A DNA stretch of 64,000 nucleotides from Gemmatimonadales bacterium. Its GTDB lineage: Bacteria > Gemmatimonadota > Gemmatimonadetes > Gemmatimonadales > JACORV01. The stretch covers positions 97,606 through 161,605 of the forward strand of contig DASPTN010000086.1 in the NCBI GenBank assembly GCA_035623395.1, in the 5' to 3' direction. Made by a program: the position numbers and the translations under genes. Positions 36,125 to 45,261 of the stretch are shown here, piece after piece. The number at the start of each line of letters is the position of its first letter. Positions within the stretch are counted from its first letter, which is position 1. Below the pieces are notes generated by a model, which was not told the DNA's origin, did not search any database, and saw only the letters and a program-made list of their open reading frames with translations.

Positions 36125-37756
36125 CTACTCGCGCTGAAAGTCCGGGCTGCCGAGCGCCAGTCCCACGGCCATGGCCCGCGCGTTGACCGCGTTGGGCAGG
36201 TCGCCGATCTGCTGGCGGATCACCTGCAGCGTGTGCTCGCTGCCCTGCCCGCCGAGCACGGCCGCGTTCACGTTGCGCACCAGCGCGTCGTAGTCGCTGG
36301 TCACCGGGGCGAGCCGGTCGAGGTCCACCGTCACGCCGGGCATCCGGCCCGACGCGAGCGCGAGGGCGAGGTTCATCCGGGTCAGGATCGCGCCCGAGTT
36401 GAGCCAGTCCGCGGCCGCGTCCTGGTACCCGTCCGGCGTCAGGTGCATGAACAACGGCTCGCCCAGCTGCTGGAGCGCGCCGACCAGCCGCGCGGTGGTG
36501 TCGGGTGCGCCGTCGAGGGCGCGCACGGCGCTGGCCACGAACGCCAGCGGGGCCTTGAACTTGGCCGCGCGGTTCTCCGGCGCCCAGAAATCCGGGCTCG
36601 CGGCGATGGCCACCAGCACCGCGCGGATGTCGCCTCCGGTGCGTCGCCAGGCGGCCACCGCGGCGTCCACGCAGCCGTCGGGCGGGGCATCCGCGACGAA
36701 GCGCGCGCAGAGCTGGTGCGAGAGATGGCGTGCGGTGGCAGGATGCTCCGCGAGGAGGTGGAGCAGCTTCCGCCCTTCGTCCATCCCGTGGCCCGACGGG
36801 AACTCGACGCCCAGGACCGTCTTGGAGCCGGCGTCGTGCGCCCAGGCGTGGAACTCGAATGCGTACCGTCCGACGCCCATCCGCCGCGGCTGGGCCACGC
36901 CCCAGCCGGTGAGGATGCGCGCGACCCCGATCACGTCCTCCTGGGTGTAGCCGCCGTCCACGCCGAGCGTGTGCAGCTCCATGAGCTCGCGGGCGTAGTT
37001 CTCGTTGAGACCCGCCTCGGCTCGCGGGGGCGCAGGCAGCGGCGGGAACATCGGGGCGAAGCCGCGCCGCGGCATCACCGCCAGCGCGGGCCGTCCCGGG
37101 GGATGCGAGCCCGGCGCCACGCTCTGCGCGTTGTCGAGGTAGACGAGCATCGCGGGATGCGTGGCCGTCGCGACCAGCAGGTCCTCGAACCGCCCGAGCG
37201 CGTGGGGCCGGATGGCGTGCTCGACGAAGTCCGCGGTGAGCCACCGGTCCGCGCCCTTCGCCATGAAGACGTTGAAGTGGTTGGTCCAGAAGTCGGTCAT
37301 CACCTCGAGCAGCTGGCGCCGGCTCGCGATGTGGCGCGCCAGGGCGCTCATCATCACCGCTCCGGCGAGCCGTCGCTCGCCCTCCATCTGGTGGCGGCGC
37401 GCCGCGGAGTCGGCGCGCGCGGCGGGAGGCCCGGGCGCGTAGTCCGCGTACAGGTCGGCCGGGTCCCGGAGGGCCAGCCGGTACTGGCGCAGCGCCGAGT
37501 CGCCGGCCGCGTCGTCGAGGCGTGAGGGATTGAGCTGCTCCTCGAGCCATCCGCGGATCCCCACCGCCTCGACGTGCGCGATGTCGCCCGGGCGCGCTCC
37601 GAAGGCGAACCGCTCGAGCAGGTGCACCGCGGCGGCGCTGTCGGCCACCGGGAGCACGACCGAGTCCGGCGGCAGCGACAGCGGCGCCAGGTCGGCCGGC
37701 CCGTGGTGGGCACAGGCCGCCAGCGCGACCAGCAGCGGTGACAGGAGCTTGCGCAT
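36125..37756 (-). CDS. DUF1800 domain protein
   Basis: Signal/lipoprotein-like N-terminus (LLVALAACA). HLLERFAFGARPGD...WLEEQLNP and FWTNHFNVF motifs. This is the usual partner located upstream of DUF1501. Confidence 0.8.
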   Translation of the reverse strand: MRKLLSPLLVALAACAHHGPADLAPLSLPPDSVVLPVADSAAAVHLLERFAFGARPGDIAHVEAVGIRGWLEEQLNPSRLDDAAGDSALRQYRLALRDPADLYADYAPGPPAARADSAARRHQMEGERRLAGAVMMSALARHIASRRQLLEVMTDFWTNHFNVFMAKGADRWLTADFVEHAIRPHALGRFEDLLVATATHPAMLVYLDNAQSVAPGSHPPGRPALAVMPRRGFAPMFPPLPAPPRAEAGLNENYARELMELHTLGVDGGYTQEDVIGVARILTGWGVAQPRRMGVGRYAFEFHAWAHDAGSKTVLGVEFPSGHGMDEGRKLLHLLAEHPATARHLSHQLCARFVADAPPDGCVDAAVAAWRRTGGDIRAVLVAIAASPDFWAPENRAAKFKAPLAFVASAVRALDGAPDTTARLVGALQQLGEPLFMHLTPDGYQDAAADWLNSGAILTRMNLALALASGRMPGVTVDLDRLAPVTSDYDALVRNVNAAVLGGQGSEHTLQVIRQQIGDLPNAVNARAMAVGLALGSPDFQRE

Positions 37757-37790
37757 GGATTCGCCCGTTCTCTGGATACCCTGTCGGGAG

Positions 37791-37819
37791 TTGACGGTTC
37801 ACGCGCGGACCGGTTAACC
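37791..37819 (+). promoter_or_regulatory. Promoter-like TTGACG-17 nt-TTAACC close to ATG 37831 (short or no leader)
   Basis: TTGACG 37791..37796 and TTAACC 37814..37819. ATG lies 11 nt downstream with no SD in between. Confidence 0.4.
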
Positions 37820-37830
37820 CTCCGCACCCG

Positions 37831-39726
37831 ATGACCGGCCAGCCCCCCGTTCTCCAGATCCCCCGCCGCCGGCGCGACGCGCGCGCGCCGCTGGAGCGGC
37901 CCACCTGGCGCCAACGGCTCGAGGCGCTGCGCAACGTGCGACCCCTGCTCCGGATGGTGTGGGAAACACACCGGGGCTACACCGTCGCCATCGTGGGACT
38001 GCGGGTGCTGCGGGCGTTCGTCCCGCTCGCGGTGCTGTGGATCGGCAAGCTGATCATCGACGGCGTCGTGGCGGCGATGCGCGCCCACGCGGCGGGCGAT
38101 GCCGTACGCTGGGAGGCGCTGACCCAGCTGCTGGTGACGGGACTGCTGATCGCGATCGTCGGTGACGCGCTCGCGCGCGCGGGCGCGCTGGTCGAGAGCC
38201 TGCTCGGGGACCTGTTCAGCAACCGCATCAGCGTGCGCCTGATGGAGCACGCGGCGACGCTCGACCTGCGCCACTTCGAGGATCCGGAGTTCTACGACCA
38301 TCTGGAGCGGGCGCGCCGCCAGACGGTCGGCCGCATCGGCCTGATCTCGCTGCTGCTGTCGTCCGCCCAGGACCTGATCACCCTGGCGAGCCTCGCGGCC
38401 ACGCTGGTCTTCTACGTCCCGTGGCTCCTGCTGCTGCTCGCGGTGGCCGTGGTGCCGTCGTTCCTCGGCGAGACCCACTTCGCCGCGCTCGGCTACTCGC
38501 TCCTGTTCCGCTGGACGCCGGAGCGGCGCCAGCTCGACTACCTGCGCTACACCGCGGCGAGCGACGAGACGGCGAAGGAGATCAAGCTGTTCGGCCTGTC
38601 GGGGTGGCTGACGGAGCGGTACGCCCGGCTGGCGGACGCCTTCTACGAGGCCAACCGCACGCTCTCGATCCGCCACAGCGCGGTGAGCACGCTGCTCACC
38701 GCCGTCGGGACCCTCGGCTACTACGGCGCGTACGGCGTCATCGTCTACCTCACGGTGATCGGCTACCGGTCGGCGGCCGGCGCGTTCACGATCGGCGTGC
38801 TGACGTTCCTCGCCGGCTCGTTCCAGCAGAGCCGGGACCTGATCCAGCGGATCCTGCTGTCGACCTCGCAGATCTACGAGCAGAGCCTCTACCTCGCGGA
38901 CCTGTTCACCTTCTTCGAGATGAAGCCGTCGGTGGTGTCGCGCGACGGCGCGCGGAGCGTGCCCCGCCCGATCCGCGAGGGGTTCGAGTTCCGCGACGTG
39001 GGTTTCCGCTATCCGGGGAGCGACGCATGGGCCGTGCGCCACCTGACCTTCCGGCTGCCGGCCGGCGAGCGGCTGGCGCTGGTGGGCGAGAACGGGGCCG
39101 GCAAGACGACGCTCACCAAGCTGCTGGCCCGGCTGTACGACCCGGACGAAGGCGTGATCCTGCTCGACGGCGCGGACCTCCGCGAGTACGACGTGGCCGA
39201 CGTGCACCGGAACATCGGCGTCATCTTTCAGGACTTCGTCCGCTACGCGTTCGTGCTGCGGGAGAACATCGGGGTCGGCGAGATCGCCGCGGTGGCCGAC
39301 GCGGCGCGGATCGAGGCGGCGGCCGAGCGCAGCCAGGCCTCCAGGGTCGCGCAGCGGTTCGAGAAGCGGTACGAGCAGATGCTGGGCCGGCGGTTCGAGG
39401 AGGGGATCGAGCTGTCGGGCGGCGAGTGGCAGAAGGTGGCGCTGGCGCGCGCCTACCTGCGCGAAGCCCAGGTGCTGATCCTTGACGAGCCCACGGCCGC
39501 GCTCGATGCGCGGGCCGAGTACGAGGTGTTCCTGCGGTTCGCCGAGCTGACCAGGGGGAAGGCGGCGGTCCTGATCTCGCACCGCTTCTCGACGGTGCGG
39601 ATGGCGGACCGGATCCTGGTGCTCGGGCGCGGCGAGCTGCTCGAGCAAGGGACGCACGAGGAGCTGGTCTCGCGCGGCGGGACCTACGCCGAACTCTTCA
39701 GACTGCAAGCGGCAGGATACCGATAG
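37831..39726 (+). CDS. ABC exporter, fused permease/ATPase (MsbA-like half transporter)
   Basis: Six-TM N-domain. Walker A GENGAGKTTLTKLL, signature LSGGEWQKVALARA and Walker B LILDEPTAALD. Confidence 0.9.
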   Translation: MTGQPPVLQIPRRRRDARAPLERPTWRQRLEALRNVRPLLRMVWETHRGYTVAIVGLRVLRAFVPLAVLWIGKLIIDGVVAAMRAHAAGDAVRWEALTQLLVTGLLIAIVGDALARAGALVESLLGDLFSNRISVRLMEHAATLDLRHFEDPEFYDHLERARRQTVGRIGLISLLLSSAQDLITLASLAATLVFYVPWLLLLLAVAVVPSFLGETHFAALGYSLLFRWTPERRQLDYLRYTAASDETAKEIKLFGLSGWLTERYARLADAFYEANRTLSIRHSAVSTLLTAVGTLGYYGAYGVIVYLTVIGYRSAAGAFTIGVLTFLAGSFQQSRDLIQRILLSTSQIYEQSLYLADLFTFFEMKPSVVSRDGARSVPRPIREGFEFRDVGFRYPGSDAWAVRHLTFRLPAGERLALVGENGAGKTTLTKLLARLYDPDEGVILLDGADLREYDVADVHRNIGVIFQDFVRYAFVLRENIGVGEIAAVADAARIEAAAERSQASRVAQRFEKRYEQMLGRRFEEGIELSGGEWQKVALARAYLREAQVLILDEPTAALDARAEYEVFLRFAELTRGKAAVLISHRFSTVRMADRILVLGRGELLEQGTHEELVSRGGTYAELFRLQAAGYR

Positions 39727-39806
39727 TGGTATGCGAAGTCCGCCGCCTTGCAACTGCCCTCTGCGCGGAGATAGGTTACCCGCCCCGTTAGCGCGAAGGG
39801 CTGGCC

Positions 39807-41909
39807 ATGAAGGAATACCCGAGCACACATATCCGGAACGTGGCCGTAGTCGGCCACGGAGGCAGCGGCAAGACCAGCCTGGTCGATGCCCTCGCCTTCG
39901 TGGCCGGAAGCAGCAAGCGGCACGGTCGCATCAAGGAAGGCTCCGCCCTCACCGACTACTCCCCCGACGAGATCGAACGCGGATACAGCATCAGCCTCGC
40001 CCTGGCCCACGCGGAGTGGGAGGGCGTGAAGATCAACCTCGTCGACACGCCCGGGTACCTGGATTTCGCCGGTGACGCGCTGGCGGGAGTCTACGCGGCC
40101 GACGCGTCGCTGATCGTGCTGGGGGCGTCGTCGGGCGTCGAGACCGGCACCGAGAAGGTGTGGGAGTATTCCCGGGCCTGCGAGCACGAGGCGATCTTCT
40201 TCGTCTCGATGATGGACAAGGAGCACGCGGATTTCGCGAAGGTCTACGGGCAGATCCGCGAGCGCCTGACGCCGAAGGCGATTCCCGTCGAGATCCCGAT
40301 CGGCGCCGGCCCGCAGTTCCGCGGCATCGTCAACCTGATCAGCCGCAAGGCGCACATGTACAAGCCCGGCACCAAGACGGGCGAGTACGACGAGCAGGAC
40401 ATCCCCAAGGAGCTGCAGGCCGAGTACGAGCGGTACGAGAACGACCTAATCGAGACGGTGGCCTCGACCGACGACGCGCTGGTGGAGCAGTACCTCGAGG
40501 GCAAGGAGATCTCGCACGACGACCTGGTGACGGCGATGCGCGCGGCGATGAAGCGGCGCGAGCTGTTCCCGGTGCTGTGCGGCGCCGCCGAGCTGACGTA
40601 CGGGGCGCGGGCGCTGCTGTCGGAGATCGTCGAGCTGGTGCCGCCGCCCTCCGACAACCCGCCCGCGCACGCGGAGAAGTGGGGCAGCGCCGACAAGGTG
40701 GAGATTGCCGAGCGCGACGACGCGCCGTTCAGCGCGCTGGTGTTCAAGACCGTCTCCGAGCCGCACGTCGGCGACGTGTCGCTGTTCCGCATTTACTCCG
40801 GGACGGTGAAGAACGGCCAGGAGGTGTACAACGCCGCGCGCAGCGCGCCGGAGAAGCTCAACCACCTCTCGGTGGCGCAGGGCAAGGACAAGCTCGAGGT
40901 GGACGGGCTGCACGCGGGCGACATCGGGGTGATCGCCAAGCTGCGGGACACCCACACCAACGACACCCTGTGCACCCAGGCGCATCAGGTCGTCCTGCCG
41001 CGGATCCCGTTCCCCGAGCCGATCATCCACGTCGCGATCGAGGCCAAGGAGCGCGGCGACGAGGAGAAGATCAACCTCGGCCTGGCGCGGCTCACCGAGG
41101 AGGACCCGACCTTCCACTGGGAGTACAACCCGGACGTCCGGCAGACCTGGATCTACGGCCTGGGCGAGCGGCACCTCGAGGTGGTGCTGGGCCGCCTGGC
41201 GCGGAAGTTCGGCGTGCACGCGACGCAGGCCAAGCCGAAGATCCCCTACCGGGAGACGATCAAGGGCAAGGCCGAGGGCCAGGGCCGGCACAAGAAGCAG
41301 ACCGGCGGGCGCGGCCAGTTCGGCGACTGCTGGATCCGGATGGCGCCGCTGCCGCGCGGCGGGGGGTACGTGTTCGAGGATCAGATCGTCGGCGGCTCGA
41401 TCCCCAGCAAGTTCATCCCGGCGGTGGACCGTGGCATCCAGGAGGCCGCGGTCCGCGGCATCCTCGCGGGCTGCCCGGTGGTGGACTTCAAGGTGGAGCT
41501 GTTCGACGGCTCCTACCACACGGTGGACTCGAACGAGATGTCGTTCAAGCTCGCGGGCATCCTCGCGTTCCGGAACGTGTCCCCCAACTGCAAGCCGGTG
41601 CTGCTCGAGCCGCTGTCGGACCTCGAGGTCCAGGTGCCCGAGGAGTACCTCGGCGCGGTGATGGGAGACCTGAACAGCCGGCGCGGCCAGATCCTGGGGT
41701 CGGAGCCCGACGAGAAGATGCTGAGGCTGAAGGCGGTGGTGCCGGAGGCGGAGCTCTACAAGTACGCCACGCAGCTCCACTCCCTGACGCAGGGGCGCGG
41801 CACCTTCCGGAGGAAGTTCAAGGGATACGCCGAGGTGCCGCCCGACGCCGCGGCCAAGGTCATCGACGAGTACCAGAAGTCCAAGAAGGAAAAGGAAGAG
41901 GAAGCCTGA
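39807..41909 (+). CDS. Elongation factor G paralogue (EF-G2-like translational GTPase)
   Basis: G1 VVGHGGSGKTSL, DTPGYLDF, five-domain length (700 aa), and domain IV/V motifs (HTVDSNEMSFKLAG). The G1 motif deviates from canonical AHIDAGKTT in the way EF-G2 does. Confidence 0.85.
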   Translation: MKEYPSTHIRNVAVVGHGGSGKTSLVDALAFVAGSSKRHGRIKEGSALTDYSPDEIERGYSISLALAHAEWEGVKINLVDTPGYLDFAGDALAGVYAADASLIVLGASSGVETGTEKVWEYSRACEHEAIFFVSMMDKEHADFAKVYGQIRERLTPKAIPVEIPIGAGPQFRGIVNLISRKAHMYKPGTKTGEYDEQDIPKELQAEYERYENDLIETVASTDDALVEQYLEGKEISHDDLVTAMRAAMKRRELFPVLCGAAELTYGARALLSEIVELVPPPSDNPPAHAEKWGSADKVEIAERDDAPFSALVFKTVSEPHVGDVSLFRIYSGTVKNGQEVYNAARSAPEKLNHLSVAQGKDKLEVDGLHAGDIGVIAKLRDTHTNDTLCTQAHQVVLPRIPFPEPIIHVAIEAKERGDEEKINLGLARLTEEDPTFHWEYNPDVRQTWIYGLGERHLEVVLGRLARKFGVHATQAKPKIPYRETIKGKAEGQGRHKKQTGGRGQFGDCWIRMAPLPRGGGYVFEDQIVGGSIPSKFIPAVDRGIQEAAVRGILAGCPVVDFKVELFDGSYHTVDSNEMSFKLAGILAFRNVSPNCKPVLLEPLSDLEVQVPEEYLGAVMGDLNSRRGQILGSEPDEKMLRLKAVVPEAELYKYATQLHSLTQGRGTFRRKFKGYAEVPPDAAAKVIDEYQKSKKEKEEEA

Positions 41910-41930
41910 TCGCCGCGCCGGCCGCGCGGG

Positions 41931-42683
41931 TCACACCTTGTGGTAGGTGACCCGCGCGGCCTCGGCGCCGTCCTCCGCCCGGTAGGTCTCGAAATCGCCG
42001 AACAGGCGCGGCGCCTCCGCCGTGAGCAGGCGCAGCACCGCCACCGCCATCCGCCGGATCTCCTGCTCCGCCCCCTCGCCGCACCGCAGCTCGAGCATCG
42101 TGCGCCAGGCGCGCACGTTGGCGCTCACCACGAGCTTGGTCTCGGTCGCGTTCGGCAGCAGCGAGCGCGCGGCCTCGCGCGCCATCTTCCGGCGGTGGAC
42201 CTTGTCCGCCACCCAGTCGTACCGCCGCATCAGGTCCTCGACGGCCTGAACGTACGCGGCCTGGGCCGCCGTCACCTGCGCCAGCCACTCGGCCTCCAGC
42301 TTCGCATCCCCCAGCATGGCCGGTGGCACCACGAACGCCGCGTGCGACTCGTCCACGTAGCGCTGGCTGAGCTGGCTGTAGCCGAAGCCGGCGCGGTGGC
42401 GCACCAGCTCGTGCGAGCAGGAGCGCGAGATGCCCTCGATCAGCAGCACGTAGACGCTGTGCTCGAGCACCGAGCCGTGCCCCTGCTTCTTGATGTTCTC
42501 GAGGTACTCGGCCGTGGAGCGCTGCGCCGGGTTGGCTTGGCTCATGTAGCACAGCCGGCCGGCGAACTCGGCCAGCTTCTCGGCGTCCGTGGCCTCGCCG
42601 CGCCAGCTGACGCGAAGGTGGGTGGGTTCCACGAATTGCGGACGGGCTAGGAGGGTGACCCGGGGTGCGCGGAGAATGTCCAC
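41931..42683 (-). CDS. thyX: FAD-dependent thymidylate synthase
   Basis: ThyX signature ...SHELVRHRAGFGYSQLSQRY (RHR...SxR). 250 aa. GTG start 42683 has no SD upstream. Confidence 0.9.
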   Translation of the reverse strand: MDILRAPRVTLLARPQFVEPTHLRVSWRGEATDAEKLAEFAGRLCYMSQANPAQRSTAEYLENIKKQGHGSVLEHSVYVLLIEGISRSCSHELVRHRAGFGYSQLSQRYVDESHAAFVVPPAMLGDAKLEAEWLAQVTAAQAAYVQAVEDLMRRYDWVADKVHRRKMAREAARSLLPNATETKLVVSANVRAWRTMLELRCGEGAEQEIRRMAVAVLRLLTAEAPRLFGDFETYRAEDGAEAARVTYHKV

Positions 42684-42687
42684 TAGT

Positions 42688-42755
42688 GTGAGAGGTGAGA
42701 GGTGAGGGGTGAGACGTTCACGTGAGACGTGAGAAGTGGAAGTGAGAGGTAAGCG
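42688..42755 (+). repeat. Tandem heptamer array (GTGAGAN)x10, homologous to 18105..18172
   Basis: GTGAGAG GTGAGAG GTGAGGG GTGAGAC GTTCAC GTGAGAC GTGAGAA GTGGAA GTGAGAG GTAAGCG. Identical 20-mer GTGAGAGGTGAGGGGTGAGA at 42695..42714 and 18105..18124. Confidence 0.85.
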
Positions 42756-42764
42756 TCCATCGTC

Positions 42765-44372
42765 TCACGCCGCCGCGGGCGCCAGCGACAACCGGAACAC
42801 GCCCCAGGCCGCGGAGCGCTCGACCTCGCGCAGCCGCGCGGCGATCTCGGCCGGGATCGGCGGAGCGGCCGCGCCGACCTTGAGCATCGAGGCGTCGAGC
42901 TTCGCGCCCGGCGCCGGCACCTTCACGCCCGGGTTGAGGATCCCCGCCGGGTCCCACGCCTCCTTGGTGCGCCGGCACAGGTCGGCGTAGCCCTCGCCGA
43001 ACGTCGACGCCAGGAAGGGCGCGCGCAGCCGTCCGTCGCCGTGCTCGCCCGACGGCGTTCCCCCGAGCGACAGCTGGGCTCCGGTCACCGCCTCGAGGCA
43101 TCCGAACAGGCGAGTGGCGAAATCGGGCGCCGCGACGTTGGCCAGCACGTTGGCGTGGAGATGCCCGTCCCCGGCGTGCCCGAAGATCACGATCTCGAAG
43201 CCGAACGCGGCCGCCGCCTCGCGGAGCGCACGGATGTAGCGGCCGAGGACCGCGACCGGCACGCAGCCGTCCTCGACCAGCTGCAGCGAGCGGAGGTTGT
43301 TCGGCAGCGACGCCAGGATGGGGCTCGCGAGGTGACGGAGCTCCCACAGCCGGCTCACCGACGCGACGTCGTCGGCCAGCTCGGTCGTCTCGGCGAGGCC
43401 CCGCACCGCGCCGACGGCCTGGTGTCCGTCGCTCTCGAACTCGACCAGCAGGACCGCCTCGGTGCCGTCGGGCACCCGGCGCTGGATGGCGCCGCGCACG
43501 AAATCGAGATAGGTGCGGTCCAGCAGCTCGATCGCCGAGGGCCCGTGCGGGCGCAGCGCGAGCACCGCGGGCCCGACGTCGTCGAGCGAGCGCAACGTCA
43601 CGAGCAGCGTGGAGCGATCGTCCGGCAGCGGCGCGAGGGCGACCTCGACGGCGGTCACGACGGCCAGCGTGCCCTCGCTGCCGGTCAGCAGCTCGGCCGT
43701 GCGCCCGCTGGCGGCGTACGCGTCGAGCGCGTAGCCGGCGGAGTTCTTGGTCGTGCGGGGCACCGCGCCGGCCAGGTCCGCGGCGCGCTCGCGGAGACCC
43801 GGAGCCACTTCGCGCAGGAACCGTTGCTCGGCCGCCGTCGGCGGCGGCAGGCTCGCGGCGCCGTCGACCGCGCCGGCTTCGCCGTCGGCCGTCACGAACT
43901 CCAGGCCACGCACCCAGCGCCGCATCGCGCCGTACTTCACGCTGTGCGCGCCGGCGGCGTTGGTGGCGACCATGCCGCCCAGCGTGCAGAACGCGCCGCT
44001 CGACGGGTCCGGCGGCAGCCTGAGCCCGTAGCCGGCGGCGGCAGCGTTGAGCGCCTGGTACGTGATGGACGCACCGCACCGCGCCGTCCCCGCCGCCGCG
44101 TCGATCGCCGGCGGCTCACGGAAGCCTGCCGAGAGGTCCACCACGACGCCGGGGCCGATGTTCCCGCCGGGCATCCCGCTGCCGGCGCCCCGGGGCACCA
44201 GGGCGTGCCCGCCGGCCCGGGCCCAGTGCACGAGCGCGACCAGGTCGTCGCGGCCCGCCGGCACGGCGACGGCCTCGGGTACGATGCGGAAAATGCCCGC
44301 GCCCTCGGCGTACAGGGCGCGGGCGACGTCGTCGGTGCGGAACTCTCCGCGGAAGCCGGGGGGGGCGCGCAC
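42765..44372 (-). CDS. FAD-linked oxidase (GlcD/D-lactate dehydrogenase-like)
   Basis: FAD_binding_4 pattern (VPRGAGSGMPGGNIG) and a C-terminal FAD-oxidase_C region (GTPSGEHGDGRLR). Confidence 0.8.
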   Translation of the reverse strand: MRAPPGFRGEFRTDDVARALYAEGAGIFRIVPEAVAVPAGRDDLVALVHWARAGGHALVPRGAGSGMPGGNIGPGVVVDLSAGFREPPAIDAAAGTARCGASITYQALNAAAAGYGLRLPPDPSSGAFCTLGGMVATNAAGAHSVKYGAMRRWVRGLEFVTADGEAGAVDGAASLPPPTAAEQRFLREVAPGLRERAADLAGAVPRTTKNSAGYALDAYAASGRTAELLTGSEGTLAVVTAVEVALAPLPDDRSTLLVTLRSLDDVGPAVLALRPHGPSAIELLDRTYLDFVRGAIQRRVPDGTEAVLLVEFESDGHQAVGAVRGLAETTELADDVASVSRLWELRHLASPILASLPNNLRSLQLVEDGCVPVAVLGRYIRALREAAAAFGFEIVIFGHAGDGHLHANVLANVAAPDFATRLFGCLEAVTGAQLSLGGTPSGEHGDGRLRAPFLASTFGEGYADLCRRTKEAWDPAGILNPGVKVPAPGAKLDASMLKVGAAAPPIPAEIAARLREVERSAAWGVFRLSLAPAAA

Positions 44373-44401
44373 GGGCGCAAGCTAACGGCCGCGCCTCGAG
44401 C

Positions 44402-44430
44402 TTGACAAGCACTTTCGCGTCGGTGATACT
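44402..44430 (+). promoter_or_regulatory. Sigma70-type promoter TTGACA-17 nt-GATACT, 9 nt before ATG 44440 (near-leaderless)
   Basis: TTGACA 44402..44407, 17-nt spacer, GATACT 44425..44430, then cgcgccttc, then ATG. No SD. Confidence 0.55.
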
Positions 44431-44439
44431 CGCGCCTTC

Positions 44440-45243
44440 ATGCCGACAAACGGGTCTCGAGCCAACCTCATCCGCATCGAGGTCGACCGCCGCCTCGGTC
44501 ACGAGTGGGACGAGTGGGATGGGCGGCCGCTCCCCGGCGGCGGCAACTTCACCAGTCCGCCCCGACGGTTCTTCTCGTACGCGGCGCTGACGCTCGCGCT
44601 CGTGGCCGCCGCGGCCTACGCGGCGGCCTATCTCCTCGGCCCGCGCCTCGCCACGCTGTGGGGGCCGCTGCCCCGCGTCGTGACGCTGGCGGTGTCCGCC
44701 GTCACCGCGCTCTCGTGGCTGTGGTTCGTCCTGCTGCTGGCGTCGTTCTACGGACCGCTGCTCCTGCTGCCCGAGCGGCTGGCGGAGCGGGGGCCGTTCC
44801 TGCCGCTGATGCGGTGGACCTCGCAGGTCGCGCGCCGCTTCGGGATGCGCGACTGGGTGGAGCACGCGGCGGTCGAGACCTTCAACGGGCTGGCGGCCCG
44901 CCGCGGCCGCAAGGTCGGCAAGGGCGAGCTGCTGGTGCTGGTCCCGCGGTGCCTCGCCAAGGACGCCCTGGATGGGATCCTGGAGGTGGCGGGGCGCTAC
45001 GAGGTGCCGGTGTTCGTCGCGACCCGGGGCCAGCTGGCGCGGCGTGCGATCCGCGAGCGGCGGCCGCGTGCGGTCGTCGCGGTGGCGTGCGAGCGGGACA
45101 TGGTGAGCGGCATCCACGACGTCGCCGCGAAGATCCCGGTGCTCGGCCTCACCATGCGGCTGCCGTCGGGGCCGTGCAAGGACGCCGCGGTGGACGTCGG
45201 GAAGTTCGAGACCTGGGTGAAGAGCTTCGTCGACGGCGGGTAG
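44440..45243 (+). CDS. DUF116 family membrane-associated protein
   Basis: Two to three N-terminal TM helices, then LLVLVPRCL...VAVACERDMVSG...GPCKD cysteine pattern typical of DUF116. Confidence 0.65.
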   Translation: MPTNGSRANLIRIEVDRRLGHEWDEWDGRPLPGGGNFTSPPRRFFSYAALTLALVAAAAYAAAYLLGPRLATLWGPLPRVVTLAVSAVTALSWLWFVLLLASFYGPLLLLPERLAERGPFLPLMRWTSQVARRFGMRDWVEHAAVETFNGLAARRGRKVGKGELLVLVPRCLAKDALDGILEVAGRYEVPVFVATRGQLARRAIRERRPRAVVAVACERDMVSGIHDVAAKIPVLGLTMRLPSGPCKDAAVDVGKFETWVKSFVDGG

Positions 45244-45261
45244 ACTCCGCCCGCCGCGGCG

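Noticed and set aside
34846-37756. DUF1800/DUF1501 pair as a novel system
   Set aside because: This two-gene pair is widespread and already catalogued, though still uncharacterised, in Planctomycetes, Gemmatimonadetes and others. Nothing unusual is seen in this copy.
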